Of a stretch of 64,000 nt of DNA, positions 36,877 to 51,759 are shown in pieces. Both the position numbers and the translations under genes were made by a program. The stretch spans positions 190,868 through 254,867 of the forward strand of contig NW_027192210.1 of assembly GCF_041956535.1 (NCBI RefSeq). Direction: 5' to 3'. This stretch comes from Calcarisporiella thermophila CBS 279.70 (taxonomy: Eukaryota > Fungi > Calcarisporiellomycota). A model generated the notes under the pieces. That model saw nothing but the letters and a program-made list of their open reading frames with translations. It was not told the origin of the DNA and ran no database searches. The number at the start of each line of letters is the position of its first letter. Positions within the stretch are counted from its first letter, which is position 1.

Positions 36877-39659
36877 TTAGTCATCGGCGATATTCCAGCT
36901 CTTCCGCCACCTCAAGTGCTTCAGCTGTCGCGACGGATACCCGACCCCGAACGAAATATCCGCAAAGTACACAAACGTGACCACCACGGCAAAGAGCAGT
37001 GCCAGCAATGCAGTGATACGCGCGAAGGATGGGAGGCGGACGGTGAGCACGCCCTCTATAAGATAACAGGGCATGAAGGCGGAAAAATAGAGGGCGGGGA
37101 AGTAGTGATGCAGATAGGTCACCCGACCCATTATCCAGAAGGGTAGGTAATGCAGCAGCCAGCCAATGCCGACTAGTTGGCCAACATGAAGCATCTGGTA
37201 CCATTGTTCTAAGAAGGGCCAGGTTTCAAGGATTAACCACAAGTGAAAAAAAAAGAACACCCAACAGCACGGCACACTCATTCCATACCTGGTCGCAAAT
37301 CGTACATCTGCCGCTTCTGCCTCAGGACAAGTCCCATGAGAATTAGGGCGAATAATCCTATGGAGCCGATCGAGGACCACCACACTATGGGGTTGCCGAG
37401 CAGGTAGAATTTGATGGCATCGTCGGCCCAGTTGCACATGCGCAATCCCACCGTGAGAAGTGGCCATTCGCGGGGAAGGGAGGAGATAATATCCTCTTTG
37501 TTGGGATCCGGGGTCATGGCATTATTGCTGGTCATCATTGCAACGTTGAGATGGATCACATTCTTAAGGAAATTGGATCGAGCGCGGTAAAAGTTTTTAG
37601 GCGGAGGTGGGACTGCACGGGTGGAGAGGCATTTTAGTCAGTCCGAAAGTAAATAGAGGGGGAGGACAAGGGCGGAAACGAGTACTTACGATTTTCATGC
37701 CAGTGCTTCTCGATATTCCACATGGCATAAGGGTCATTGACCGGATTGTCCTTCTCACAGGTCACCTCGATTTGCTTGAATCCCCACTGAGGCAGGTTGG
37801 TGCGACGCGCCGCCAGAAGACATCCCAAGAGCTTATGCCTCAGTCTAAAGCGGGTCAGCAGGGTGCGCAGGTGGCCCACATTTCCATAGGTGTCGTCGAC
37901 AATCTCCACCCTCCACAAATCGTTGTCATCCCCAAACGTCGCGTTCCCGTAGCAGCTGACTTCCCACTGGGATTTTGTGACGGGCGCTTCGACGGCATGG
38001 CTGTGCAATGTGTGGCCAGTGAAGCGATGCAACACGCGAACCACGTCGCCATCCTTCACCTCAGTGAATGGGCCCTCTGTACTGGGAAGGGGCTCTCCGA
38101 GGGGCGGCAAAAAGATCCAATCGTTATTATCATCTTTGTGGTGATAGCACGTCACCTGCTGTTGCTTGGACCCGACGGGATAAGCTTGTACATGCGAGTG
38201 CAGCAAGCCGCCACCGAAGCCAGAATTCTTGATGGTGACATTGGAGCCGTATATGACATCCACCGGGCTCTTGTCAAGGTCATTCCCAATGAGCCCTGCT
38301 TGGAAAAGCGAGGTCATCTGAGCATCGCCCGGTCCGCTCCGTGTGAGAATCGCAAAGTGAATCGCGAAACATGCCAAGTAGATGGCGATGGGCACCAAGA
38401 TGAGGCACACAATTCGCGCCATCCAATGCTTAATGTAGGTCGACTGTTCAAATCGAAGACAGAGACTAAGTCATTACCAAGATTGACTCGAATTCAACCT
38501 GGAGGGAACTTACGACTGGCATTTGGAGATCCCCTAACTTATTCCAGAGATCCAAAACGGTGTATAATCCGACCAGCGCAACCGCAAAGAGCCCGACCCA
38601 CTTGACACTCGACACACATCCAATAGACACCCCCGTCAGGAAGAGCCAGGCCCACCATCGAGTTGAAAATGGTCTGCCAAAGAAGAAATTGGTTGTAGTT
38701 AGCTCCTCCCTTCCCTCATGGTCAATAGTTCGATAATTACTCATTTTGACAGTTGTGGAATTTCGCTAGGCAATAGAAGCTGGTGCTCGTGAAGAAGAGC
38801 AGGATTGAATCCAAGAGAATAAACCGACTAATTGTCAAGAGCGCATTATCTAAGTGTGGATAGTGGGCAATGAGCACTTGGTGCTCTCATCTGAAGAGAA
38901 GTGATGGTGCTCGTGTCTACGTTACCTAATAAAATCATCGTGCCTACCACCAACGCCGCCAGCCGCGAGTATTTGAGCTCCAATGCCGTGAAATAGGCAA
39001 TGGGCACTATCAACGCGCCAAACGCGGCACAGAACAGGCGCATGACAGAATAGTTGACATTTTCGGGGTAATCTTTACCAGATTCGAAGTCGAACGAACC
39101 ATCATATCCAGCCAAAATGCCCGAGAGACCAATGAGCATCTTCCCCAGCGGTGGGTGGACATCAAAGTAAAATTCGCGCTTCAAGTAATGAGATGCAAAC
39201 TAATGGAGGACGGATGGGAGAGGAGGAGGGGAGAGGGGAATAAATATTCTGGAATAAATAGGCACTAATGAAACTCATTCAATCTACCTTTCCAAAGTGC
39301 GCCTAGTGTGGAAAAGTGAATATCTGATTAAGAGCGGTTCCAAATCTTCTACTGGAGTAGATAATTACCTCGTCCCACACGACATATTTTGCGTAGTCAA
39401 TATCAACAAATCGCGTGAAAAAAGCGAAAAAGGTCAGCAATAAAGGCAATGCTATATCCCAAACATTCTGGTATATGCCCAGGTACAGTATGCAGCCGCG
39501 TTAATCCCAATTGCAAAATAGCTCAGGTTAGGCAGCAAGTACCTTTTTTGTCAATGGCTTCTTGGCAAGTCTGTCGTATTTCTCTCCTTCTCTCACATCG
39601 CTAAAAGGAATGTCGCGCTTTTCACTCCTTGCCAAGTGGCGTTGTCGGAGAGTATCCAT
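36877..39659 (-). CDS. PMT2: Dolichyl-phosphate-mannose:protein O-mannosyltransferase (PMT2 subfamily)
   Basis: VVWDE|AHFGK|[30 protein letters not shown] domains (GGLLHSH...[15 protein letters not shown]). [16 protein letters not shown]. Confidence 0.93.
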
Positions 39660-40209
39660 TATTGATCTTTTACCTTGTCAAGGTTTGAAGTGAAAAAAGA
39701 AAAATTAGAGCAAAGAGAAATAGGAAGCTCAATATTTTTTTTACTCAATATAAAGAAAGGAGAATAAAAAAATAACAAGGCGCAGGCTCAAAGAGATTTG
39801 CCCTGACCCCTTTATTACCTCCTTTATTATCTGTCTTCGAGAGGGCGAAGGAAACCCTTGAGGAATGAAAGGAAAATGAATACAAAATACTCCGAACGCA
39901 GTCACAACCGATCACAATTGACTGTGCCTTCCCAGATATTAACGGACAATTTCTAAAATTACCTCCTTGGGGAGATTTTCCGGGAGCCTTCACGGTCAAT
40001 CGCACTATTACACTCTATTCAACGAAAGCAAGAAAATCCAATGCATCTATGGCGAGTTGGTGGCGTAAACGAAAGTATTGATGACGAGAGCTGCCAGATT
40101 TATCCCTCCAAAAGGCGGTATCCGGGACTAATGACTATTTCCATTTCGAAACGAGCCCATTTGCCCAACAATCCGCCCAATAGGTCGCCACTTTTGTAGT
40201 AGAAGCATT

Positions 40210-40464
40210 AAAAAACTAACTCGGGCTGGATTCGATCCTACAGTTGCAGACAGGCGAAAGTGCAAGCCTCTTCGCAGTAGATTTCCGTTTCGGACTAAGA
40301 GCGGGTCGCTTGCCATATAATTAGCGACTAATCACGTTCATATCCTTTCGATTAGCCGCTCTCTCTGGCCCCCCTATTCATAAATTGCGCGGACATTGGC
40401 GGTTGAAATGCACGAATCCGAGGGAAATAGCTTTCCCGCTACGATGAAGGCTGGGAGAGCGGCT
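40210..40464 (-). ncRNA. Candidate structured non-coding RNA (unassigned)
   Basis: Nested inverted repeats, G-U pairs that form only on the minus strand, a B-box-like GGATCGAATCC and a T6 run. See findings. Confidence 0.35.
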
Positions 40465-41461
40465 TGGTAGGCAAACTCATTGCTCGCTATTAGGTTTAAA
40501 GCCGGTAGCAGCACCTCTCCTCTTCTTTACATGCGCTCTCTTTCTAGCGTGGCGCCAAGAGTCCTTGGGAAACTCCTGGTTTGGGCAGCCGATGGAAGAG
40601 TGACAGAATACCGTTGACGAAATTTCAAGCCCCGAATGCAAAAGACGATCTTAAACTCTACCTCAATCAAGTCTAAACTTTAATGACTCGTTTTTGGACA
40701 AAAGAGGCAAATTCTCTCCACTTGGATCCGCGACTGTATTCGACATAGCGTGGAGAGCTCTTTTATAAGTCTTTGTCAAGTATGAGAAATTAGCCAAGCA
40801 GTTCTACACGAACCGCAACATGGGCAGTCGTGATGAGCGGCTCTTGTTAACAAACAAAGGGGCGTGGCTAGTCTCGCGCAAAGAATCTACACTCAACGGA
40901 GAAGCCAACAACCGCTGAGGCTGGTGGGGGAAGGGGGGTTACTCAGAGTTTGGCTTTGTGTATTTTCTATTTTTCTCTCCCAGAGGATAGGGGTTTTGTT
41001 TGCTAGATAATGGAAGCAAGGAAGTTCTTTGTGGGCTGCTCTACCATTGTTTTTCAGGAACTTGCCACGAGCCTCCGATAGAGACGATGCAGAGGTTTGG
41101 ACCACAATCCTAATTACAGAGGATACAATGCGAACAAGGGCTGCGGCCTCAAGGAGAGGCCCTAGGTTGCGGGAGCCGTAATATCAAGCGGTTGGGAGAG
41201 CCGAGATCATATATAATGCGCTCTCTCAATGTGTCTTTTCATTATCTTCGGAGAATTGGCCGGGAGTCGTAGCGAATCGCCGAGCAGGATCAAGGTACGG
41301 GTCACAATGCGGGTTATGCAGCCTAGCTCTACGTATTGTCTGATTACACAGCCAGCAGACCTTATAAATCTTGGGGTTTTTTTTTCAGTCTCCATCTGTT
41401 AGACTTTGCCTCTCTTCTGTTGTGTTGAGTCTATGACCTTGGTCCCAAGGTCGCTGGTGTT

Positions 41462-42684
41462 ATGTACAAACGGTTGTTTCTCTTGTTTCTCTCACTGCTG
41501 TTGATTGCATCGTATATCCTATGGAATTCTCCTCTCCAATGGCCTCCCCCGAAGCCGGAATTGGGTTTCCAACAAAACATCACCACGCTGGTCGTCTTTG
41601 GAGACAGCTACTCAGACAATGGGCATACTCGTGCAAGAAAGTACTCCTTTGCTGTAAGTTCTCTGATTTTGGAGAGCTGCACGGCACCCCAATACTCAAT
41701 CTTCCTTTCCGACTGGATAGAGAAAGTATTCGACCAACGGCAAAACTTGGAATCAGTATCTTAGCGATCGCCTGTCTTTCACGCTCTATAATTTCGCATG
41801 GAGCGGGGCGACGGCCGACAATGTAGGGCTGCCTTTCTTAGATGCCGAGAAAGACTAAGCCTAACTTCTCTTTCACCAAATAGTCTATTGTGAAGCGCTA
41901 CACCCCCAGTGTAAAGGAGCAGGTCAAGCTCTTCTACCGCGGCGCCGTTGACGGGGTGCACGGCTCGTCGCTAAAGTGGAGTCCTGAACGCACGCTGTTT
42001 AGCATATGGATCGGAGTCAATGATGTGACCGATATCTTTTTTCAAGGGGATAACGCTACACGGTACGACCTTGATATCGCTTCCGTCCGAAAATCCATGG
42101 TAAGCTTTTCTCCCGGCTTCCGCTTTCTTCACGGATGAGTCCAGGTTAGACTAACGGCTCGCTGAACTTCGCTCCCGGCCACAGGAGGATTTGGTTAGCC
42201 ATGGGGCTCGCCACTTCATGCTGATCAACGTGCCCCCGATCCAACACATGCCCATAGTCTGGCAGCGATCGCGCAGCAATTCCACCACCGTCTCCCGATT
42301 CTCCACCCTTGTCCAGTCCTACAACACAAAGCTTGAGCAGCTTGCGCGGACTTTCCGCGCATTCCACGCTGACGTCGGGGTAGATGTGCTATTCATCGAC
42401 GCTCATGGCATCTATAGCGAGCTCATCCAGAGTAACCTCTTTGCTAACACTGAGGACCCGTGCTCACCAGAGAGCAGCCTGTGGAGGCATTGCCGGCACC
42501 CAGACAACTATTTGTTCTGGGACACCTGGCACCCTACAAGTAAGTCGAGTGCGGACTCTCTATATTATGAAACACGACGCTGATCCACTTTTCTTCATGT
42601 TTAGCCCGGGTCCACAGGATGATGGCGGAGGTCGTCTACGAAGTATTGGTAAAACACTGGACCCTCCCTTCCCCTGCTGTGTAG
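41462..42684 (+). CDS. GDSL/SGNH esterase (CE16/lipase-like) with N-terminal signal or anchor
   Basis: Blocks VFGDSYSDNG, NFAWSGAT, IWIGVNDV and FWDTWHPT. Last exon RVHRMMAEVVY...PAV*. Confidence 0.9.
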
Positions 42685-43220
42685 GGTGACGAGCTATTTG
42701 TGTCCATCTATATCTCTTATTTATTTGCTATCCACTCACCTGACGATCTATATCTGTATTAACTGATACTCTCTACCTCGTGTTTAATACCCCCTCTCCC
42801 CCTCCCAGCTATCCCGCTTGTAATTCAACCTCTTTTGATCAAGGATCTCCAACCTTTATTTTTTTTTTCTGTACAATATATGAATGATGGCGACAACATC
42901 CTGAAAATAAAAAAAGTCCGATATATATATATACAACATTGTACATAGCCTTTGTGAGTTAAAAATAGGCAAGTTATGTTGACGGGAGGTGAAGAAAAAA
43001 AGTATGGGAAATTAGAAACAAATAAAAGCGATTAGATCGAGGTGTTTTGCCGCTGGGATGAATGGGTGAATAGGTGCCGTAATAGAAGACCGGGGCATTA
43101 GAGGTATATAAAAGAAAGAGGAGTAAAAGATTAAAAAAAAAAGGGGGGGGGGGAAACAAAAATACAGGGTTCAACAGTGGGATGTCGTCATGATGAATTG
43201 TAAAAAAAAAGACAAGCTGC

Positions 43221-45288
43221 TTATGACGCTTGGCAAGATAGACTGGCTTCTCGCTCACGCATCTGAGCTTCCTCGGCCACATTTCTACTGCCCCGGGGCT
43301 CGCGTGAGACTACTTCTAGGGTAATATTCCACGGTAGCTGGCTGCTCCATTCCTCGCTATTAAAACTGAATACGGATCGATTCCGTCGTAGAGTGGTGCC
43401 TCTCCCATCCTCTTGCATCAACATGGAGTTGTGTTGCGACATCGTCCTGGATGTATGGGAGAGATCGAAGGACGTCAGGCCTAAAGGCTGTCGGCAGGTT
43501 GGGCAGGAGGGAGCTTGGCAAGCTCGCTCAAACCATGCACGCAAGCAAGAGGCATGAAAGCAGTGGCCGCAGGGAAGACGTTTTGCATTGGTCATGGTGT
43601 CGCGGCAAATTGCACAGTCATCTTTATAATCCTGTAGCTCTTTCACCGTTGCACTGGGATATCTGATCAGATATGAGGCAAAAAGGAAAAAAAAAGAAGA
43701 GGAAAACCCCGTTTAGTATTCCATACTACTTAAGCATCTCTGTTGTCGTTGAATAGGAGACGAACCTGGTCTGCATATCCGAAATCACCCTCAGATAGTG
43801 ATAGTAGCTTGTGATTTTCTTCCTTAAATTATTGAATACGCTTCGCATATTAAGGAGGAGCACCGCATCGATGAGGGTCAAAGAAACCCCGTGCAACAGG
43901 ATGATATGCATGTAATGGCCAAGGGTCGCGACGAGGATGAGTATATCTGTGATGAACTCGGTGTAATAAAGCATAACGCCTTTTTCTTCCCAGATCCCAC
44001 TGGTGGAGAGGTCGCGGATGTGGATGCCGTATTTAATGAGGGTTTGAAGAGTATCAAGAAAGAGGGTGAAAGACTATAGAATAAAAATAGGAGGGAGGGT
44101 TAGGGCGAGCGCTTACAGAGGATAGAATAAGAGAAGGTAACCTCAAAAGTAAGTAGTAGGAGCATAGTCGGAAATATCGAGGCACATACTGAGAACCAGA
44201 ACACATCAGACACCAGAATCAGAACAAGCAATGACAGAATTTTCAGATGGGATTTGAATGGTACATTGGGGCAGAAGGCCAACTGCTCATCGTTAAAAAT
44301 AGCGCATCAACATCAGCATTCGTCTCAATTAATTGCTTAGCGCAAAGGTCATTATTACTTACGTATTCAAAGCGATCCCGGCAGAGCATGCTAAATATTC
44401 TTAAAAACCCGAGGATGGTGAACCATGAGATCCAAATCATAAGATCCTCCCATTTGGGCTCGAGGATAGCTCCAATGAACACAACCTTGAAAAGCAAAAA
44501 ATTCAGCAGTCTGTCGCGCATGTGCTAAAATGGAAATCATGAAGGTGAGCAACACTGTCAGAAATCAAGGAATGTGAATAGGGCTGATCGGAAGACTCAC
44601 TTGGCTTTCAATCACACGCAATTCGCCAAAAAAGAATCGTAAGGTGGTGCGACCCAGAAGGTAGAGCATACAGTAGGCCATATTTAAAAAGACCTGGTGC
44701 ACATCGGGAAACACTAGTTAGCATAAGTTTGCCATCAGAGGTTTAGAATCGACTCACAAGTACGCAAATCTTCTCATTCTGTAAAAAATAAAAAAATGAT
44801 TGTAGGATGGCGCTTAGATGCCTGTTTGTAGCAAGTACAGCCTCGGATGGAGCGCGTGCGAGATACCGCTCTGCCAGGAATGGCATTCCGAACAGCATGT
44901 CCTTGGCTCTTAATGGTTCAGGATCATGGGCGGATGATTCTGGATATGACGTAGCAATGGCCTGAAACGATGTCCACAAAGTGCCGGTAAAAAAGGAATA
45001 GCAGATGGTAAGCAAGGTTGCCGCTAATGAGAAGCAAAACCACTTGATCCACATTGTATAAGAGACATGAAGAGAGAAACAAAGGTCCTAAGTTCTGAGA
45101 GCCAGAAAATGAAAATAAGTTTCCCTTTTAATTTGTGGCGAGAGCATCGTCTGGCTTTCAAATGTGACGTAGCAAGAATGATTATCGGCCGCATACGGGC
45201 GAGGGAGAGAGCTTAAATTTAGAGTGGATAGACGGTGGGAGTAAAAATAGGCGTTGTACTAGTGCAGCGTGACTCTTTTGCTTACCAT
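43221..45288 (-). CDS. ER membrane RING-H2 E3 ligase (gp78/AMFR-HRD1 family)
   Basis: FFGELRVIE, RDRLLNFLLFKVVFIGAI, RDRFEY, and RING CAICRDTM..AKRLPCGHCFHASCLRAWF..CPTCR. Start is either ATG 45054 or ATG 45288 via in-frame intron 45088-45285. Confidence 0.9.
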
Positions 45289-46177
45289 GGCCAAGTCTTT
45301 ATTTAGATCGATAGCAGCATAATACACCATTTGGCGTCAGCGTAGTCGATGGACGAGTCATATCCGTGTTCTGATTTCTCATGATCCTGAAAGTTTATGT
45401 TGTATCCATTGCTTAGTAAAGAATTGGTTTTGGGACCTGGGGAGCACGCAGGGGGAAAAATGGAAAATAAAGCAGCGTTTAACTTTTTCAAAATAAAAAC
45501 AAAACACTCATCTACCAAAGCTTAAAGAAATGGGACCAGATTTCCCCCAAATCACGGCCCTTATCCTTCCGAGCGTATTATTCGAGCTTCAATAAGTACT
45601 CATTCGATCAGGCGATTTTTAGCATCCCGGATCGGAACTGGCGCCATATCAGTCAGAATGAAAGGGGAAAATTTTGCCGCCAATGTCTGGGAGTCGAAAT
45701 GGATAAGAGTTTAGGATATACGGGCGCTTCAGGGGAGGCCGATGAGATTGCCTCCAAGAATAAAGAACTCCTATTCGGAAACACTCTAAAGGTTTTGACT
45801 CCAAGCCGAATTTTAGAATCCAATAAGCGTAACCGCCACTTTAGGATGTGGCAGGACCCTGATGCTTAGCTCTTGGGAACAGTTGCACTGGAAGTTGAAG
45901 GCTAGAACTCTGGGCCAGGCCCTTATTTCCAGATTGCACTCCTCTTCTCCCACTTGATGCAATTCTCCATCATTCTATGTCCACACTCGAGGTCGGGTCT
46001 TTGTAGAAAGTTAAAAAGTTTGAAAATATAATAAGAATTCACTCTATTCTTCCCCCAGCCATGTCGCAGTTTAGATTAAACCCCCATGAGAGATAACTAC
46101 AAGTGGCAGAAATAATACGATAGCAGCCACAGAGAATAAAAAAAAATAAAGTTCATAGAATAATATGGATCTATCGT

Positions 46178-47086
46178 CTAAGCTCTACGCTGGTACTCTT
46201 TAAAAGCTTCATCTTCCCAGTTAAAGTATCCACCCGAAAAAGCTTTTGGAGCATCAAGTGCTAGCGCAGCAATAACATGGCCAGGTTCTCGGGCATCTAC
46301 GAGCTGATTCTGTGCATGCAGATTGATAAACTTTTGATGTTCCTCAGGTTTCATGTTGGCGGCACCTATTGTGACAGGATAGGGGGTCTAGTTCAAATTG
46401 CTTTCAGAAATAGAGGGAGATAGGTTGGCTACCTTGTTCTCTGACCAGGGATTGCATCTCGGTGTCCAACACGCCAGGGCGTATGGCCATACTTATAAGA
46501 TCCGGTTCCTCCATGCCTAGACTCGCAACAAACATGTTCAAGGCGGCTTTGGAGGCACAGTAAGAGCTCCATCCACTATAGGCTTTAGTGGAGGCCCCAG
46601 AACTTATTGCAATGAAGCGGCCTTTTGAAGGGGCAACGCGTAGGAGAGGCAACGCACGTTGAACGAGAGCAATGATGGAGAAAAAATTGACGTCAAATGC
46701 GCGTTTCCATTCGGCTTGAGACAGAGAGGCGACAGGCTCGATTTGAAGTACCCTGAAGAAAACCCAGTGAAATTCTTTAACACAACATGCGATGAACAAT
46801 ACAAAGTAAGAGTCAGGAAACTTTACCCGGCATTTGCTACCACGGCATCCAGTCTTCCCCACTTGGTTTTAGCGCATTCAACTGCCTGGGAAATAGTGGA
46901 TTCTTCAGTTACATCACCCACGATAATTTCACATCGATCTCCTAGTTCGTTCCTCAAATCTTCCAATTTTGCCCTAGTTCTAGCAATGGCAACTACGTTG
47001 GCGTTCTTTTTGACAACTGCGCATGCAATGGCGCGTCCCAGGCCTTGCGAGGCGCCAGTAATGAGGACAACGGGTAAAGAGGACAT
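46178..47086 (-). CDS. Short-chain dehydrogenase/reductase (Irc24/sepiapterin-reductase-like)
   Basis: ITGASQGLG, NAG, SSGAS..AYSGWSSYCASKAAL, IRPGVLDTEMQ. Terminal exon ...FSGGYFNWEDEAFKEYQRRA*. Confidence 0.92.
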
Positions 47087-48174
47087 GCTCGGGGGCGGAA
47101 TGAAATATGTCAGAGGAAAAAGAAGAGTATTAAATAAGCGAGACAGAGGAGATGCTGGAGATGTCGACGATGTCGAGGGTGTTGAGGGGGTAGGCTGAGG
47201 ACACACCGATTCAATCGTGTACACGGGGTATATTCTCGAAGATGGCCGAGAAGGCATCTTGATTTGCTGCGCCACGGGATCTTGAGAAATCAACGCTCCC
47301 GCTAGTAACTCCAAAACGACACTTCAGTTGATGTTGGTAAAGAGAAGGCTATATGGCGTGGAAAAGAAGGCAAAAAGCGAAAAGAGTCTCTAAAGAGGTG
47401 GGTTTGTTTGCCACCGGTATTTCCGTCCTGGAATATATTTTAGAAACGGACGACCGCACGACAATGTCAACCAGTGTCATGTGACGTCTCCACTATCCAA
47501 TTTTCCCAACATTCTATTTTCGACCTGTCTATACGAGAGCTCGAATACAGACTCTCGTCCAACTTAAATTCATGTGGAAGGGAACGAGTCGAAACTGGGC
47601 CCAGTTCTCAAATGTCTCACTCCCCTATTGTAGATATGCGCACATGATTCCCTAAGAGGCCCCCCTTGGTGCCGAAAAGTCTGTGTTAGTTTATTAGTAC
47701 GAGATATCGTACGCTGTGCCCAATCCCAGCCCTCTCACCTAATAAGCGGGAGGAGTCAAAGCGATACTTTAATCGGATAGAAAGCGACCTACTTTTCTGG
47801 TTAGACCCCTATTGGGCCAGGCGCCTATCCTCATGTTATCTTTACACATTTTATATTAGGGCTTGGATCAAGATTGTCTTGTAACATAGCCTTAAAACTG
47901 GAGATCTATTTACTAGAAAGCTTAAAGGGCCAGTTTTCAAAATGCTTTTCCAAACTAAAGTTGGGTCTGGATAGTTTGCTTCGAAGTTGAAGCCACATAG
48001 GGGAAAAAAGTACATCTTTAATTAAATCAGAAAAAGAGTCACAAAGTAAACCATTTCAAACGAAGATATAAAAAAGTGATATCTAAGTGAAAAAATAAAA
48101 TAAGAAATCTATATTTTATTTCATCAGAACATACCAGAAATGAAAAGAAAAAGTGCCCACGGACCTCAAAAAGT

Positions 48175-51332
<3,158 letters not shown>

Positions 51333-51759
51333 GGTGATTAAGAGGATTCTTCTTCCCAAGTGATGAGTATTAAGCGAGGATAAATGACCCCAAAGCAAGT
51401 GTGTGTATGTATTTGTATCGTTTCGAAACAAAACAACACTGCTTACAAACCCAATATTTGGCTTGTGTGATAGTAATTTTGCATTGATAGATCTACGCGA
51501 ATAAAAACCGCACACGTTTTGACAGTTTTCGTGCCATAAATTTTGTTACCATTTCAAAATGCGTTGGGTGCAATCAGAGAAATAGAATGGTATATAGAAT
51601 AGTAAAAAAGAAAATTAAAAAAAAAAGAAGCTCCCGAATAAAAAGTAATCAAAATAGATTTTAGAAGAGTAGATATAGTTTTTTTTAAAAGAAAATAATG
51701 CACGCAAAGTAAATCCACTAAGAAGAGAGAAGAAAAATGAAGAAATCTATTAAAAAGAG

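Noticed and set aside
40215-40300. tRNA (including tRNA-Sec), SRP RNA or telomerase RNA assignment
   Set aside because: Only a T-arm-like motif is present, with no acceptor, D or anticodon arms. The SRP helix-8 consensus and a TTAGGG-type template are not matched. Left unassigned.
45840-46130. Coding-like stretch with in-frame TGA (possible selenoprotein or small gene)
   Set aside because: No recognisable homology, no CxxU-like context and no SECIS-like element seen.
47087-47314. In-frame N-terminal extension of the SDR
   Set aside because: Low-complexity sequence containing branch-like and pyrimidine-rich signals. SDRs of this type start just before TGxxxGxG. Cannot be supported without transcripts.
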